From contig NC_092382.1 of NCBI RefSeq assembly GCF_030028105.1, positions 53,085,764-53,149,763 of the forward strand: a stretch of 64,000 nt of DNA, written 5' to 3'. Origin of the DNA: Mobula birostris (taxonomy: Eukaryota). The translations under genes and the position numbers were made by a program. Below the pieces are notes generated by a model. That model was given only the letters and a program-made list of their open reading frames with translations. It ran no database searches and was not told the origin of the DNA. Positions 22,901 to 35,836 of this stretch are shown piece by piece. Position 1 is the stretch's first letter. Each line of letters begins with the position of its first letter.

Positions 22901-24183
22901 TGCGGCCCGAGGATAGAAAGGGGCCTGTCAAGATTCTCCATCAGAATCACCTTTTGCCCCTGGGGTAAGACGTACAGATAAAACGGGAGCTTGAAGCGGC
23001 GGCTGCACCCAGTATCAGGACTCTGCGTCCCCGCAGGGTGGAGGACGTGCCTACCTCGGGAGAGACGGGCCCAGGTCCAGCCCCTGTGCGGGATACTGAC
23101 TCGGAGGATGATGACTGGGATGGTTGGTATCTTCTGCCGTTCGCTTATACTCCCGTGATCGAGGAAGAGAGTCCTGGTATTTCCCCACTGTGTTAGACGG
23201 GGTAAGGGGGGCTAGTGATAGGCAGTCCGTGGTACCGCAGGGCGCTGAAGGAGAGTATGTCGGGTTTGAACCAGAGATAGAGGGTTCCGAGGCGCCGAGG
23301 GGTTTGGGTGACCGCCTCGTAGTTTCAAAAGGTCCCCTATAGTCTCCGAGGCGGAAGAGTCAGAAGCGGGGATACGTAGGTCTCATAGAAGTCGGAATCC
23401 CCCGGAGAAGTTGGCCTATGTTGCACCCGGGGAGCAGGGTGTGATCTCTACTGTTTTGGGAAGTTATTTCCCTGCTTTCTGCACGTGGATTGGGCTGTTT
23501 GTTTTGCAGGAAGGCGTGGCGAATTATCTGACTGTCATGACGGCATGACTTACTTCGGTGGGGGGAGAATGTAGGGTTCTCAGTAATACTAGATGGACAG
23601 TTAACTGTTAATTGCTTATTACCAAAATGGCTTCTCGTACTGTTAAATGCTGAGCAAGGTGTTCTCTGTACAGCGTGTTTGGAATATACGTAGTGATAAT
23701 GGAAATTGTCTTCATTTGCTAGCCAATGCAAGTCATGTTATGTTATCTTGTATATGTGTGCTGAGTTGAGGAGCGCGGGCTTTTTCGGGAGGCGAGCCGA
23801 CAGGACAGACGTGCGGGGAACGGATAGCGGTTCCAGGGCGGCAGATACCGGACCTCGGGGGTTCGGATGGTGGCCGCAGTCTCGGAAAGACGTTGTGGAT
23901 GGAATCGGAGGCGTGAGCTCCGAAGTATTAAAATATTATGCGCACAGGACTGATATGTTACTAACGGGGCACATTTTCTTCTAGCTGTTGCCACTAACCC
24001 ATCACCAAAACTTGCTATAACGTATAAATCTTTACTCGCACTTGGCATATTGTTTGATATTTGTGTCGTGGCTGATCACTGGGTGCCTCACACCGTATCC
24101 GCACCAAAGCAATTGCACTGTTGGCGGGGTCGACGGCTATTCGCCCTAGGCAACGGGAGCCAGTTGCGGCAAAGGCCGTTATA
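19990..24183 (+). mobile_element. Gypsy pol (RT-RH-INT) with PPT and 3' LTR, decayed and 5'-truncated
   Basis: YASPIVV, CVDYRTLN, GYYQIPM, MPQGI, APVLAF, HTDAS, ERNY..KLELLALKWAV, YNCT, LMFG, PYVV. PPT ggtggggggagaa is followed by TG at 23570. The right LTR end is approximate. Confidence 0.9.
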
Positions 24184-24184
24184 C

Positions 24185-25435
24185 CAGCATGTGTCGTGAA
24201 ATTTGTTAAAGTAGCAGCCGCACTTCAATGCAATACATAACGAATATAATAAATTATAATAATAGCAACAAAGGCATAAGTACATCAATTACAGTTAAAA
24301 ATCGTGCAAAAAAGAGAAATAAGATATTAAAAAGTGGGTTGTGCTTACGGGTTGAATGCCCATTTACGAATCGGATGACAGAAGGGAGGAAAATTACCTA
24401 AATCACCGAGCGTGTGTTTTTAGGCTTCTGTAGCTCCTGGATGGTGACAGTGGAAAAATGGCTTGTCCTGGGTGCTGGATGTCCTTAATACCGGACGCTG
24501 CCTTTCTGGGACACCGCTCCCTGAAGATGTCCTGGGTACTTTGTTAGGCTGGTACCCAAGATGAAGTCGACGAGATTTACAACCGTCTGCAGATACTTTC
24601 GGTCCTGTGCAGTAGCACAGCACCATCACCCCACAACCCCCCACTATCATACCAGAGAGCGATGTGGCCTGTCAGAATGCGCGTCACGGTACATCTAAAG
24701 AGGATTTTTTTAAACTGCATTTGTACTTGTTCACACATCAAACCTCTTCAAACTCCGAATGAAGTATGGTCTTTTTCTTGCTTTGTTTATAAATGCATGG
24801 ATATGTTGGGACCAGTTTACATCCTCAGAGATCTTGACACCTAGGAACATGACAATGCTCACTCTCTCCACTTCTGAATCCTCTGAGGATTGGAAAGTGC
24901 TCCTTTCTCTTACCTTTCCAGAGTCCACAATCAGCTCTTTGGTTTTACTGACGTTGAGTGCAAGGTTGTTGCTACGACGCCACTCTTCCAGTTGGGACAT
25001 CTCGCTCCTGAACGCCCTCTCGTTTCCATGTCAGGTTCTACCAGAAAATGGTTGTGTCATCAGCAAATTTATAGACGGTATTTGAGCATTAAAGATTTTA
25101 GAGCAGTGGGCTAATCACGCAACTCTGAGGCGCACCAGTGTTGATTGTCAGCGGGTAGGAGATTTTATCATCAATCAGCAAATATTGTGGTCTTCCAGTC
25201 AGGAATTCGAAGATCCAGTTGTAGAGGGAGGTACCGAGGCCCAGGGTCTGCAACTTTTCAATCCGGATTGTGAGAGTGATGGTATTACATGCTGAGATAT
25301 TGTCGATTAACAGCACCTTTGTTGTTTGTGCTGTCCAGATAGTCAGAGGCCGCGTGAAGAGCCAGTGAAATTGCATCTACCGAAGACGTATTGTGGCGAT
25401 AGGCAAATTGCAACGGGTCCTTGCTGAGGCAGGGG
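24185..25435 (-). mobile_element. Rex1/Babar-like LINE 3' portion
   Basis: YNWIFEFLTGRPQ, TINTGAPQSCVISPLL, NNLALNVSKTKELIVD, FLGVKISEDVNWS. Confidence 0.85.
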
Positions 25436-26434
25436 TTCAGCCTTATTCCTCTGAATTACACAGTACAGGACTAGAGCCATATAATGCCCCTCAAATGACA
25501 AGCCTTTCAAAGGCGGAATCATTTTGATTGACCTCCACAATGTCAGCATATCTTTATAAGAAAGGGACGCAAAATTGCTCACAATTCTGCAAGTGAATGT
25601 CCCTTACTGTTAGACTCTTGTTAAACTCTGTTCGACAGAGCTCAGTTTGAGTACTATTTACCATTCCCAGGTATGGCGGACACTGACTGCAATACTGTGC
25701 AATTTTACCGTCGCTTATTATTTGGACTGTGTGAATGTGCACCACTATTGTATAAATTCACAGCAAATCTTGCACTACCATCTTATCAGTGTAAACGTGT
25801 AAATCTTGCGAATATTGTCATCTTTGATTTATAATTCCTGGAAAGTTTATATTTTGAGGTACTTACTTCTATTCCTTCGTACCTCTCCTCTAATATTTGT
25901 GTATCTGAGCACTTGTAATATTAATGTGACATCTGTAAATTTCTTTGGAATCAATAATGCATCGGTAAATCTCTCTACCTATCCTCCGTATTTACCACCT
26001 TAAAGGTTGCTTTACGTAAAGCTATCTAATCAATTTCTCTTCCCTGCACAACAGCCAGTCCAGCATAACTGATCCCCAAGTGAGCTCAACCACCAGCCGC
26101 TCGAAAAAGCCATATCATAGCATACTAGAAATGTCTCCTCTTGGAAGCGTTTTTGGAAAATCTGATTTCACAGTCTTTCTACATATTGAAATACCTCATG
26201 TCTATCGTAACACTACACTTTTGCCATGCATTTTCTATCTTAGCCACTGTTTGGAGATCTTTACATAACTCCCATCTGGGTCATTTTACCCTGCTGTTCC
26301 TTAGCCCTACGTATAAAGATACAACATCATCTGACCATATGTACTCTCTTTCTAATGATTAGATTTTAGTTTTGTACCAACAGAAGTGCGCTGTGCGCTT
26401 TGCTTCCATGCCTTTCCTTTCGATACAATGTGCA

Positions 26435-27835
26435 TGTCACGGTCCGGATCGTAAATTCCCTATTTTCTCCTAATTTCCTTTGATAGTGCCACAATTCCGA
26501 CCGTCAGTTTCCCACTTGCTCCTAATTCTCTTTGATGACGGCACACCTGGTTTCCATCAGGACCTGCAGCATGAGAACTCCGGCGTTACAACCAGTAGTT
26601 GCCAGATTGTTGGTTTTGAGGGTGTGGTAAATAACTTTTCCCGGACGCTTAAGGCTGTATGTTCTAGGTTTTGCCCAGTATCGAAAATTACCTGTGAAAC
26701 TGAATTTCTTCGTGTCAGGATCAGTTTTCTAAGTTCAACTCCAGTTCAGAGGCTTACCTGTGAAACCCAGCCTCCCCGCGCCAAAATAAGTCTTTTAAAG
26801 TGTTAATTCAGCACCAAGGCTTGCCTGCGTAACTCCGTCTCTCCGTGCTAAGAAGGATTTTGTCAGCCGTTTCTCTCTCTACGCTCCGAGTCAAGATAAA
26901 TTCTGTGCGTCTTCTGCCTTCCTGCTCTCCTTCCTGTTTGCCGTTCACGTCTGCATCCTAACTAAATCTCCATGCCTGTGTCGCCTCATTCGTTGCAACA
27001 GAAAGATCTGGCCACTATGCACCTAGCGGACACGAATACCCTGCAACAAGACCTCACCAGCCAGGACTCCCAACTAGGTTTGCATGACCAACTCCTCCAG
27101 GAGGCCATGGCGAACGTCCGTTCTCCCTGCTGACGTAACGAAGATCGGTGACCAAGTGGACCGCGTATTTTACCCACTCCTGGAACTCTGTCTAACCAGC
27201 CCAGACAGCCTGTAGTGCCAACACCCAACGTATCAGCAACATCACCATCAAGATAGCCGCACGAACCTGAACCAGAGCACTACGCTGGGGATTTGGGAAA
27301 GTGCCGGGTCTTCCTTCTGCAGTGCTCCTTGGTGTTATAACAGCCGTCATCCACGTACTCCACGGATACGTCAAAGATTGCTTATATCATGGGGTTGTTG
27401 CGGGGAAGTGACTTAGCGTGGGCTACAGCTGTTTGATATAATCAACCGGATATCTGCTCTTTTTTTCCACCTTTATCGCGGAAATGAGAAAGATCTTTGA
27501 CGACTCCGTCCGTGGTACAGATACGGCTAAGCGCCTACTCACACTCCGCCAGGGCTCACGCAGCGTTGCCGAATATTCCGTGGCGTTCCGGACGTTAGCG
27601 GCCCACAATAAGGCACTCCAAAACGTATTTCGGAACGGTCTCATTGACATGGTGAAAAACAAGCTAGCGGCAAGAGATGACACCGACAGCCCGGATTCCC
27701 TGATCTCCCTGTCCACCTGGTTGGACAATCGTCTCCGAGAACGCCATAAAGAACAAACGGGTCCTCCACCACATTTGGCCACTACAGGGCACGCATTTCC
27801 GCCTCCCGTCAGAAAAAATGAAACCTCTCTGCTGC
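26435..27835 (+). mobile_element. Tf1/sushi-type Gypsy element: 5' LTR (26435-27000) and truncated gag
   Basis: TG..CA LTR with ATG at 27017. gag motifs [28 protein letters not shown] and LDNRLRER. Confidence 0.85.
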
Positions 27836-27844
27836 TGCTTCTAG

Positions 27845-28734
27845 TAGAGATAGTGACCATATTCATCCTGTCTCGGGGAAAGTGTGGCCTCTCCAGAGTT
27901 GTCAAATGCAGCTGGTTGCCATGGCCGTGGCGGATCTGCTGGTTCTTATCCTGGATCTGATACTGAGCAAGGTTTCACTTACGCACATGCCAATCGGCGC
28001 TTTCTTCCGCTCAATGACCACGGTGTAATATCCACGCTGCTCTGATTTACACCGTCACCGACTGTTCGGTCTGGTTCACCGTCACGTTCACCTCTGATCG
28101 AGTTGTCGCCATTTATTGCTTGAAACTGAAAACAAAATATTGCACCGGGAAAACTGTGGCCGTGGTTTTGGGGACAGTGACTGTGATCAGCTGTTTAAAG
28201 AATATGTATTGGTGTTTTAGGCTCTCAGAGAACTGCACGTGGACAATCAACCCATTCATTTGTTCACAGAGAGTTCTTGTTTTCAGTTTCATAACTCAAA
28301 TTGACCTATTTTATTACTTCCTCGACCCTGTACTGACATTTGTGCTGGTTCTAGTAACGAACGGTTTCACCGCCAGGCACGTCTTAGTCACCAGCAGAGC
28401 TCGCAGGAGACTCAGGGTTCCCGGCAATGGACAGAGTACCATAGACCCGGAGATGGAGAAACGCAGGAAATGCCTCGTTTTATTGCTGATCACTTCGGGG
28501 AATTTCATCGTGCTATGGGCACCTTTCACTGTTTATTCTGCGTGGTATCGGCTGAATGATTTTATCAACCCTGTGCGTCCGCCCGAATCGCTGAGAGAGC
28601 TGGGCATCATTCTGCAGCTTCTGAGCTGTTGTACAAACACGGCCCTTTACGCCGTTACACAGACCAAGTTCAGGGAACAGCTACAGAATATGGTAAATTC
28701 TGCGCTTGCTGTCATTGTTGTGAGGAAGTCGTGA
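27845..28734 (+). pseudogene. GPR139-like GPCR exon-2 pseudogene
   Basis: Colinear with 40087-40985. It has a 1-bp and a 2-bp deletion with a TGA at 27958 between them, DRF changed to DRV, and no exon 1. The 3' flank 28735-29190 is homologous to 40986-41430. Confidence 0.9.
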
Positions 28735-29189
28735 ATTAGCGGTGTCTCCGGTCTGACCCAATTTACGTCCCATACATTGCGGTTACTTTCTGTTCCTCTG
28801 GGTCCGGCGCTATCCTTCTTCCACTCACACCTCCGCGGCAATTACATAGAAGGTTCCCTTACATAGCCGCAGTGCTCTATCCTCATTCGCCGGCCTATCT
28901 TCCCATCACTGCCCTACAGATGTTAGTGAATTTTGCTCCATGGTTCCACGTGCATTCTTTCTGGCCGCCCGGATACTTTGATTCACCTGCAAGGCCATAA
29001 TCCTCTGAGGGCGTCTGTGTTCCCGAAACAACCCGTTCACCCCCTACAGAGATGACTGAATTGGTGCCGCGAGTCCATGGACGACTCAATTGGAGATGCT
29101 TCCTGCAGCCTCGCTGATCTCGTCATTTTCATCTACGTTGCCTACAACTTCCCACATGGACCTCAGATTAGATTGCTTCCATTCTGACA

Positions 29190-29700
29190 TCTCTCTCATC
29201 TATCGATCTTTCTGTCCAAAATTCCAGAGACAGATTATCTAACGAAATATTTTACAAAGCCAAGCTACTGTCTGTCACAGTTATCTTGACGATACCTCCT
29301 GCCGCACGGATACTGGCAAAAGTGCTATTCCATTCTATCATTTGCATAGATGAGACTTTCCTCTCAAGTCATTTTACAGCAAATGGAGATTCTCTTTCAC
29401 CACGATTGAAGGTGCCATCACCACTCCCTGTCTCATTTCACGCAGGTAAAACACTCCATCCCTCCCAAACTAACAGAAGTGATGGGGTCTCCTGGTCCTC
29501 AGGTAACACGCAATGAGCTTTCGCATGCAAGATAGCTTCTATAACTTCCACCATCTCCATAGCGACTCTACCACCCGGCAGGACTTTCCCTCCCCCATCT
29601 CCGGTTTCCAAAGATCGCTTTCTGCGCGACTCTATTGTTTACTCGTCGTTGCCCACATGTCCCCCCTATTACTGTCACCGTACTCCAGACATTATTTCCA
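29190..29700 (+). mobile_element. Old Penelope-like RT C-terminal fragment
   Basis: atattttacaaagcc, ggggtctcctggtcctc and aacttccaccatctcc resemble 55670-56070. Confidence 0.55.
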
Positions 29701-29805
29701 CACGGACACTGGTTATTCAAGTACAACGGAGACCACAATGATAACATACTTCATTTCCAGTGTCCACTCCCTTGCAAGAAATAAAATACTGATTATCCAT
29801 CAGGG

Positions 29806-30484
29806 GGAGAAGAAGATGACGGCGTGACGCAGTGCGCGCGACCGCTCCGAATTGATACCGTATTTGTGAAGTAGGATGCCGTGCACAATCCTGATTTGAT
29901 GGAGACAGTTGTGAAAAGCACGGAGGAACATCTGGAGAAACTTCTGAAATGCCTGCTTCGCTGCCGATGCTACTGTGCGATCGAGAGTCTCCGAGGGGAA
30001 GGCCCCAAATCCTCGGCTTTGCCTATTGCCTGTTGTCTGTTGCCGAGGCCGGGATCGAAGCGCTCGGTAGAGATGGTGCTCGATGCTTGTTGTCGGAGTG
30101 CTGGTCGGCGGCTCGAAGTTTTCGGACGGACTCGGAGTCGGACTGTGGTCGGGTGCTTCCAGGATGCTGCATCGGCAAGTTTGCAGCGCTGGAAGCTCTT
30201 GGCATGAAGGGTTTTCTTCCTTCAACCGTCTGCCTGAGATGATGGGACTTTCGAGAGACTTTATTTTTACCGTGTCCGTGGTCTGTTCTTCTATCAAATT
30301 ACGGTATTGCTTGCACTGTTCTAACTGTATGTTGTAATTATGTGATTTTCGTCAGTTTTTAGTCTTGGTCTGTCTTGTGTTTCTGTGATATCACACTGGA
30401 GGAACAAATTGTATCATTTCTTAATGCATGCATTACTAAATCACAATAAAAGAGGACTTCGTGTCCTCATAATCTAATCTAATC
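29806..30484 (+). mobile_element. Non-autonomous retroposon (SINE/LINE derivative) with an (AATCT)n tail, copy 1
   Basis: Starts gaagatgacggcg and ends caataaaagaggac..cctcataatctaatctaatc; colinear with 57420-57970; no meaningful ORF. Confidence 0.7.
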
Positions 30485-31239
30485 CAAGCTACAATCGACA
30501 AAACCCATTGACAGTAATAATGACGTTTCCAATCCCTGTCAGACCAAAATACTACCGATGCCGCGGACAGAATTGTCCGAGAAGTTGTTATGAGCTTGAT
30601 AATCTAGAGATCTGAGGAGAGATATTTACGGATATGACAGAGGAATACAGAAGCATTCAGCATTAACTTTTATATTCTATTCGCTATAATATCGGGAATG
30701 GCACAGTCCGTTTCTGAAAAACTCGCTGTATTATTATTAGTCTTCAAAATATTTACACTTGGAGGGATCGAATGTGATGGAGTGTTTTCCCGACACGTAG
30801 TTATGTCCATTATTGGTGACATTTTTCTCACGTGAATCTCAGGTTCATTTTTGTGTGCAATCCGTTTGAAAATAAAAGCGGAACTTAGTGTCAAAGTCGG
30901 CAAACAATGTGCGCCAAATGGTCTGTTCAGTGCTTTATATAGTATTCCCCGGTCTATCAAATTTTCCCCAACATTCACAACTTCAGAAACGCCATGCACC
31001 ACCTAATGTGCTACTATAATGAAGAGACTACTGAACGTTTGTTGCCATGACAGATCACGTAGCATTGAAGTACTTGTAATGTGACAGGAAATTTACTCGC
31101 ACGTATGCAGAGCATTATATACTTAGCAACTCTGATTTTGGGATTATTGGGGAGAGTGTTGGTTTCACTTATGAATCCTGACATCTGGAGCTTCCGCCAC
31201 ACTGCTGCTGTCTTCCACGGTGAAAACTGATGCAAAATG

Positions 31240-32350
31240 TTACAGCGCGTCCGCCATTTCATTGTTCCCCATTACTATCTGTCCAGCATCGTTTTCCAGC
31301 TGTCCGATGTCCAGTCTGGTCACTCTCTTTCACTTTATATATCTAAAAAAATGTGGGTACCGTCTTTAATATTGTTGGCTAGCGTTATTTTGCATTCCTT
31401 CGATGCCTTCTTATTGACATTTTAGTTGCCTTCTGTTGAATGTTTAAAAACGTCCCAATCATCTAACCCCACTAATTCTTGCTCTTTTATGTGCCTAATT
31501 TTTGGATATTAAGTTGTTTTTTCTCTTCTCTTGTTCGACACAGTTTGTCATGTTTTTCTTTACAATACCGCTTCTCTTGTGACGCACGAATCCTGTGCCT
31601 TCTAAATCCTTTCCGTAATTGCAGGCACTGCTGCTCTGTCGCCATGTCTGCTCGTGTCTTTTCCCCCCAATCAATTCTGGCCAACTCCTCCCTCATGCTT
31701 CTGTAATTTCATTTACTCCATTGAAGTTCTGATACATCTGACATTCGCTTTTCCTTCTCAAATTTCAGGATGAATTCGATCATAGATCTATCTACAATGA
31801 ATTAACACCTTCTGATCCTGTGGGACCTCTTTTAAATGATTTGCTTTAATCTTGCAGAACAGAGCAAAGCCGCCCCCTCTAGCTTCCTGCCTGTCCCTTG
31901 CTACAATGTGTATCCTTGATATTAATCTCCAAGCTATAAACTTCTTTCAACTATGATTCCGTTTTGCATATGCATGTATGACAATGAGTAACTGTGCTAC
32001 AAGTTCCTCTACCATATCCAGTGTACTGCGTGCATTCAATATCACACCAACAGTCCTGTATTCAGACACTTCGATTTTTCCCGCTTTGATGTTGCAACTC
32101 GTCCTCCTAACTGCAATTTTGTCCTATCAGCGGCCTTTCCTTTCAAGGAGTCTCTCTATACATTGCCTCTGCTTGTAAACCAACGACTGCATCTTCAGCA
32201 CCATCTTGCAGGTTCCCATTCCTGTAACAAATTAATTTAAACCCACCCGAGCAACTTAGGCCAACCTGCCCGCTAGGATATTGGATCCTTCGGGTTCAGT
32301 TGTAACCCATTCCTCTCGTACCGGTCGTACCCTCCCCAGAATCTCAACCA
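31240..32350 (-). mobile_element. Degenerate CR1 ORF1/ORF2 fragments
   Basis: MREELARIDW and gaatcggttacaactgaacccgaagg-like CR1 ORF1-end sequence on the minus strand. Confidence 0.6.
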
Positions 32351-34270
32351 CAGTCTCAACAACTAACTCATTCACAACATTAATGCCAATGACCAAAAAG
32401 CCAACAAATCGTCCCTGTAACTGAGGACCCGAGGCATGACTTACACTCTTCAGAGCCTGGTGCTAGTGGTCGCATGACCGGGACCTGTGATGTACGTTAG
32501 CTGCAAATACGGCCATACTCTACCAAGTCCCAAGACTGCATGTCCCCCTGATCTGTCGGGCGGAGGGAGAAGCAGAGTAATTGTTTAAGTAGGTGGGCGA
32601 ACCATGCTCAAGAGTAACCTGCAAACTGGCAGAGGGAAGGAGCCGCGTACATCTCTTTTATTTGGTCTATCTGCACAAAAATAATTCCGAACAATCTTCA
32701 GTGGATTAGTGGATAAAGAGCATCAAGTATGAAAAGAGATGCAGCTTGTGTTCAGAGGTGCAGGTAACAGAACTCACCGGAGAACCGAAAAATACAAAGT
32801 CTACATCGCTTTCAGCTTTATACAGCTGCTTCTTTATTTCTGGTCTCCCATACTGGCAATAACATTGTGAATATAATTATTAAAATATCCTGTATGCACG
32901 TAAACATACGTTTCACATGTTTAAACGCGTCAACATATTGTAAAGAGTGCTGCAAATAAATGTTGGGGTTTGTACTGTGCCAGGCAGGCAGTGTACAACA
33001 ACAAAGAGAATTATTGCACATCACAAATCAGATTAACTGCAGTCAGAAACAGATGTAGTTCAGTACATGTAGAAATATGGAATGCGTCATATGCTGGTAT
33101 AAAATGAGAGTACGACATGTTATTACTAAGTATTTTGCAATAATTTGAAATGTTTGCTACAATGGGAGTCAATATTCTACGGAGAAGGACTCTGCAGATG
33201 GGGACGGATGTAAAACACAGCCTTGATAAATTTGGCCGAAGTCTCCACTAAACGCGGTCAGATTCATCTCTCCGACCTCCAGGAGAGCCACTCCCTGCAT
33301 TGGAAATGCAGAACAGCAGGCACGATGCCGACACTTTGAGTGTAATGCTGGAGCGTCAGAACCGCTACGGGCTGTTGTATTCAATACGCAGAATGGATTG
33401 CACTTTCAAAGCACGTCACTGAACACCCTGGTGTTGTCACTGCTTCTCTGGAACTCAGCTCAGCTGACTGGATGATCTCACTGCAGGCCAAGCTGCCGCG
33501 TCATTACTACCGTTGACCATGATGATAATATTGTTGTCTCTGTGGCCTTAACAGTGACAATACTGGTTATGTAACAGCGTGTCCTGGTCATTGTCAGGGC
33601 ACCCATATTTTAAATTCCTCCACTTTGCGTGGAATCCAAGTTGAGAATTATCAAGTGAGAGCTCCCTGCAGTCAGATGATCGCGATTATATTGATCAAAG
33701 GCGTCAATAGATGCTCTACATTACTGCTCCATCTACTGTCCTGTAGATTCAGCGCTAATCTCAGGTGCAGGATCCGCGCCCACCCCGAACATCGGCTTTT
33801 ATCTTAAACGTGCAGCCCATATGTCGCTATTATAGTGCCAATAGATTGCAAATTATTAAACTGCATCTGGTCTGGAATCTATACAGGTAAGCCACCGCAC
33901 ACCTGATTGCCAATTCTATGAAACAGACACCAACAGAAATAGCTTGTTTTATAGCTCGGACGACGGAGCGAAGCGATTGAGCAAAGCAGTAATGTAACTG
34001 AGTGGTAAACATGTTGCTAATTTCAACTTTAGCTTCTGTGCAGTCAATGTTTCAAACTCCACGTGTGTAGTATAGACTTACGCACAAGATAACACATAAT
34101 CAGCATCTTCTTCAGTACATCTGGTGTTGAAATACTCAAAACCGGACAGCTTTCTCACTCGACGAGACGGGAGAGTATATAGACAATAGAATCGTGTCAA
34201 AGGATTGGCAATACAGAGGGATCTGAGGAAAAGATACTTTTCCAACCATATGTCAGAAGGGATCTGGAAC

Positions 34271-35165
34271 TTAGAATAGACAATAGGTGCAGGAGCAGGC
34301 CATTCGGCCCTTCGAGCCGGCACCGCCATTCACTGTATTCATGGCTGATCTTCCACAATCAGTATCCAGTTGCTGCCTTATCCCCATAACCTTGATTCCG
34401 CTATCTTTAAGAGCTCTATCCAGCTCTTTCTTGAAAGCATCCAGAGACTTGGCCTCCACAGCCTTCTGGGACATTCCATATATCCACCAATCTCTGGGTG
34501 AAAAAGTTTTCCTCAACTCCGTTCTAAATGGCCTATCCCTTATTCTTAAACTGTGGCCTCTGTTTCTGGACTCACCCATCAGCGGGAACATGCTTCCTGC
34601 CTCCAGCGTGTCCAATCCCTTAATAATCTTATATGTTTCAATAAGATGCCCACTCAGCCTTCTAAATTCCAGAGTATACAAGCCCAGTCGCTCCAATCTT
34701 TCGACATATGACAGTCCCACCATCTCGGGAATTAAGCTTGTGAACTTACGCTGCACTCTCTCAATAGCAAGAATGTCCTTCCTTAAATTTGGAGACCAAT
34801 TCTGCACAGAGTACTCCAGGTGTGGTCTCACCAGGGCCCTGTACAGCTGCAGAAGGACCTCTTTGCCATTATACTCAATTCCCCTTGTTATGAAGGCCAG
34901 CATTTCATTAGCTTTCTTCATAACCTGCTATACTTGCATGCTTGCTTTCAGTGACTGATGTACAAGAACACCTAGATCTCGTTGTACTTCCTTTTTTCCT
35001 AACTTGACTCCATTTAGATAATAATCTGCCTTCCTGTTCTTACCACTAAAGTGGATAACCTCACATTTATCCACATTAAACTGCATCTGCCATCTCACCC
35101 AGCCTGTCCAAGTCACCCTGCATTCTCATAACATCCTCCTCACATTTCACACTGCCACCCAGCTT
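34271..35165 (-). mobile_element. CR1 LINE 3' portion
   Basis: WQMQFNVDKCEVIHF, RDLGV, LYRALVRPHLEY, IERVQRKFT; 3' UTR gaagggccgaatggcct. Confidence 0.93.
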
Positions 35166-35581
35166 TGAATCCTTGAATCCAGGGAGATCGCAAAATCATG
35201 AAACATGACGTGCAGCTATCAGGTCACGTGGCCACTGCCCGCAGGAATGACCAGGCTTTCGAATGGGGCCTGGACCTGGCCTGCAGTCAGGTCAAGCACA
35301 TGACCCATTATAACATCTGAGACTGATTGTATTGAAGCTCATACTTAATCAGCAAAGTACAGTATATTCGTGCAGGAAAGTTATACGTACTTTTGTTCTT
35401 CTACAAGCTAAAATAAAAGAGCTCAGCTCTATCAATGAATATACAGTATGTTATCACATGAATCAAAATGGTACTTGTTAATCTTTAGGGTATGTGGTTC
35501 ACCTAAAGAAATACATATCTGTCATATCTAATGCAAATATCCAAGACAAAATGCAACATTAGTACATTACAATTAAAATCA

Positions 35582-35836
<255 letters not shown>

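Noticed and set aside
30600-30710. Possible decayed GPCR exon 1 (FYILFAII)
   Set aside because: Too short, interrupted by stops, and with no clear donor site or matching exon 2.
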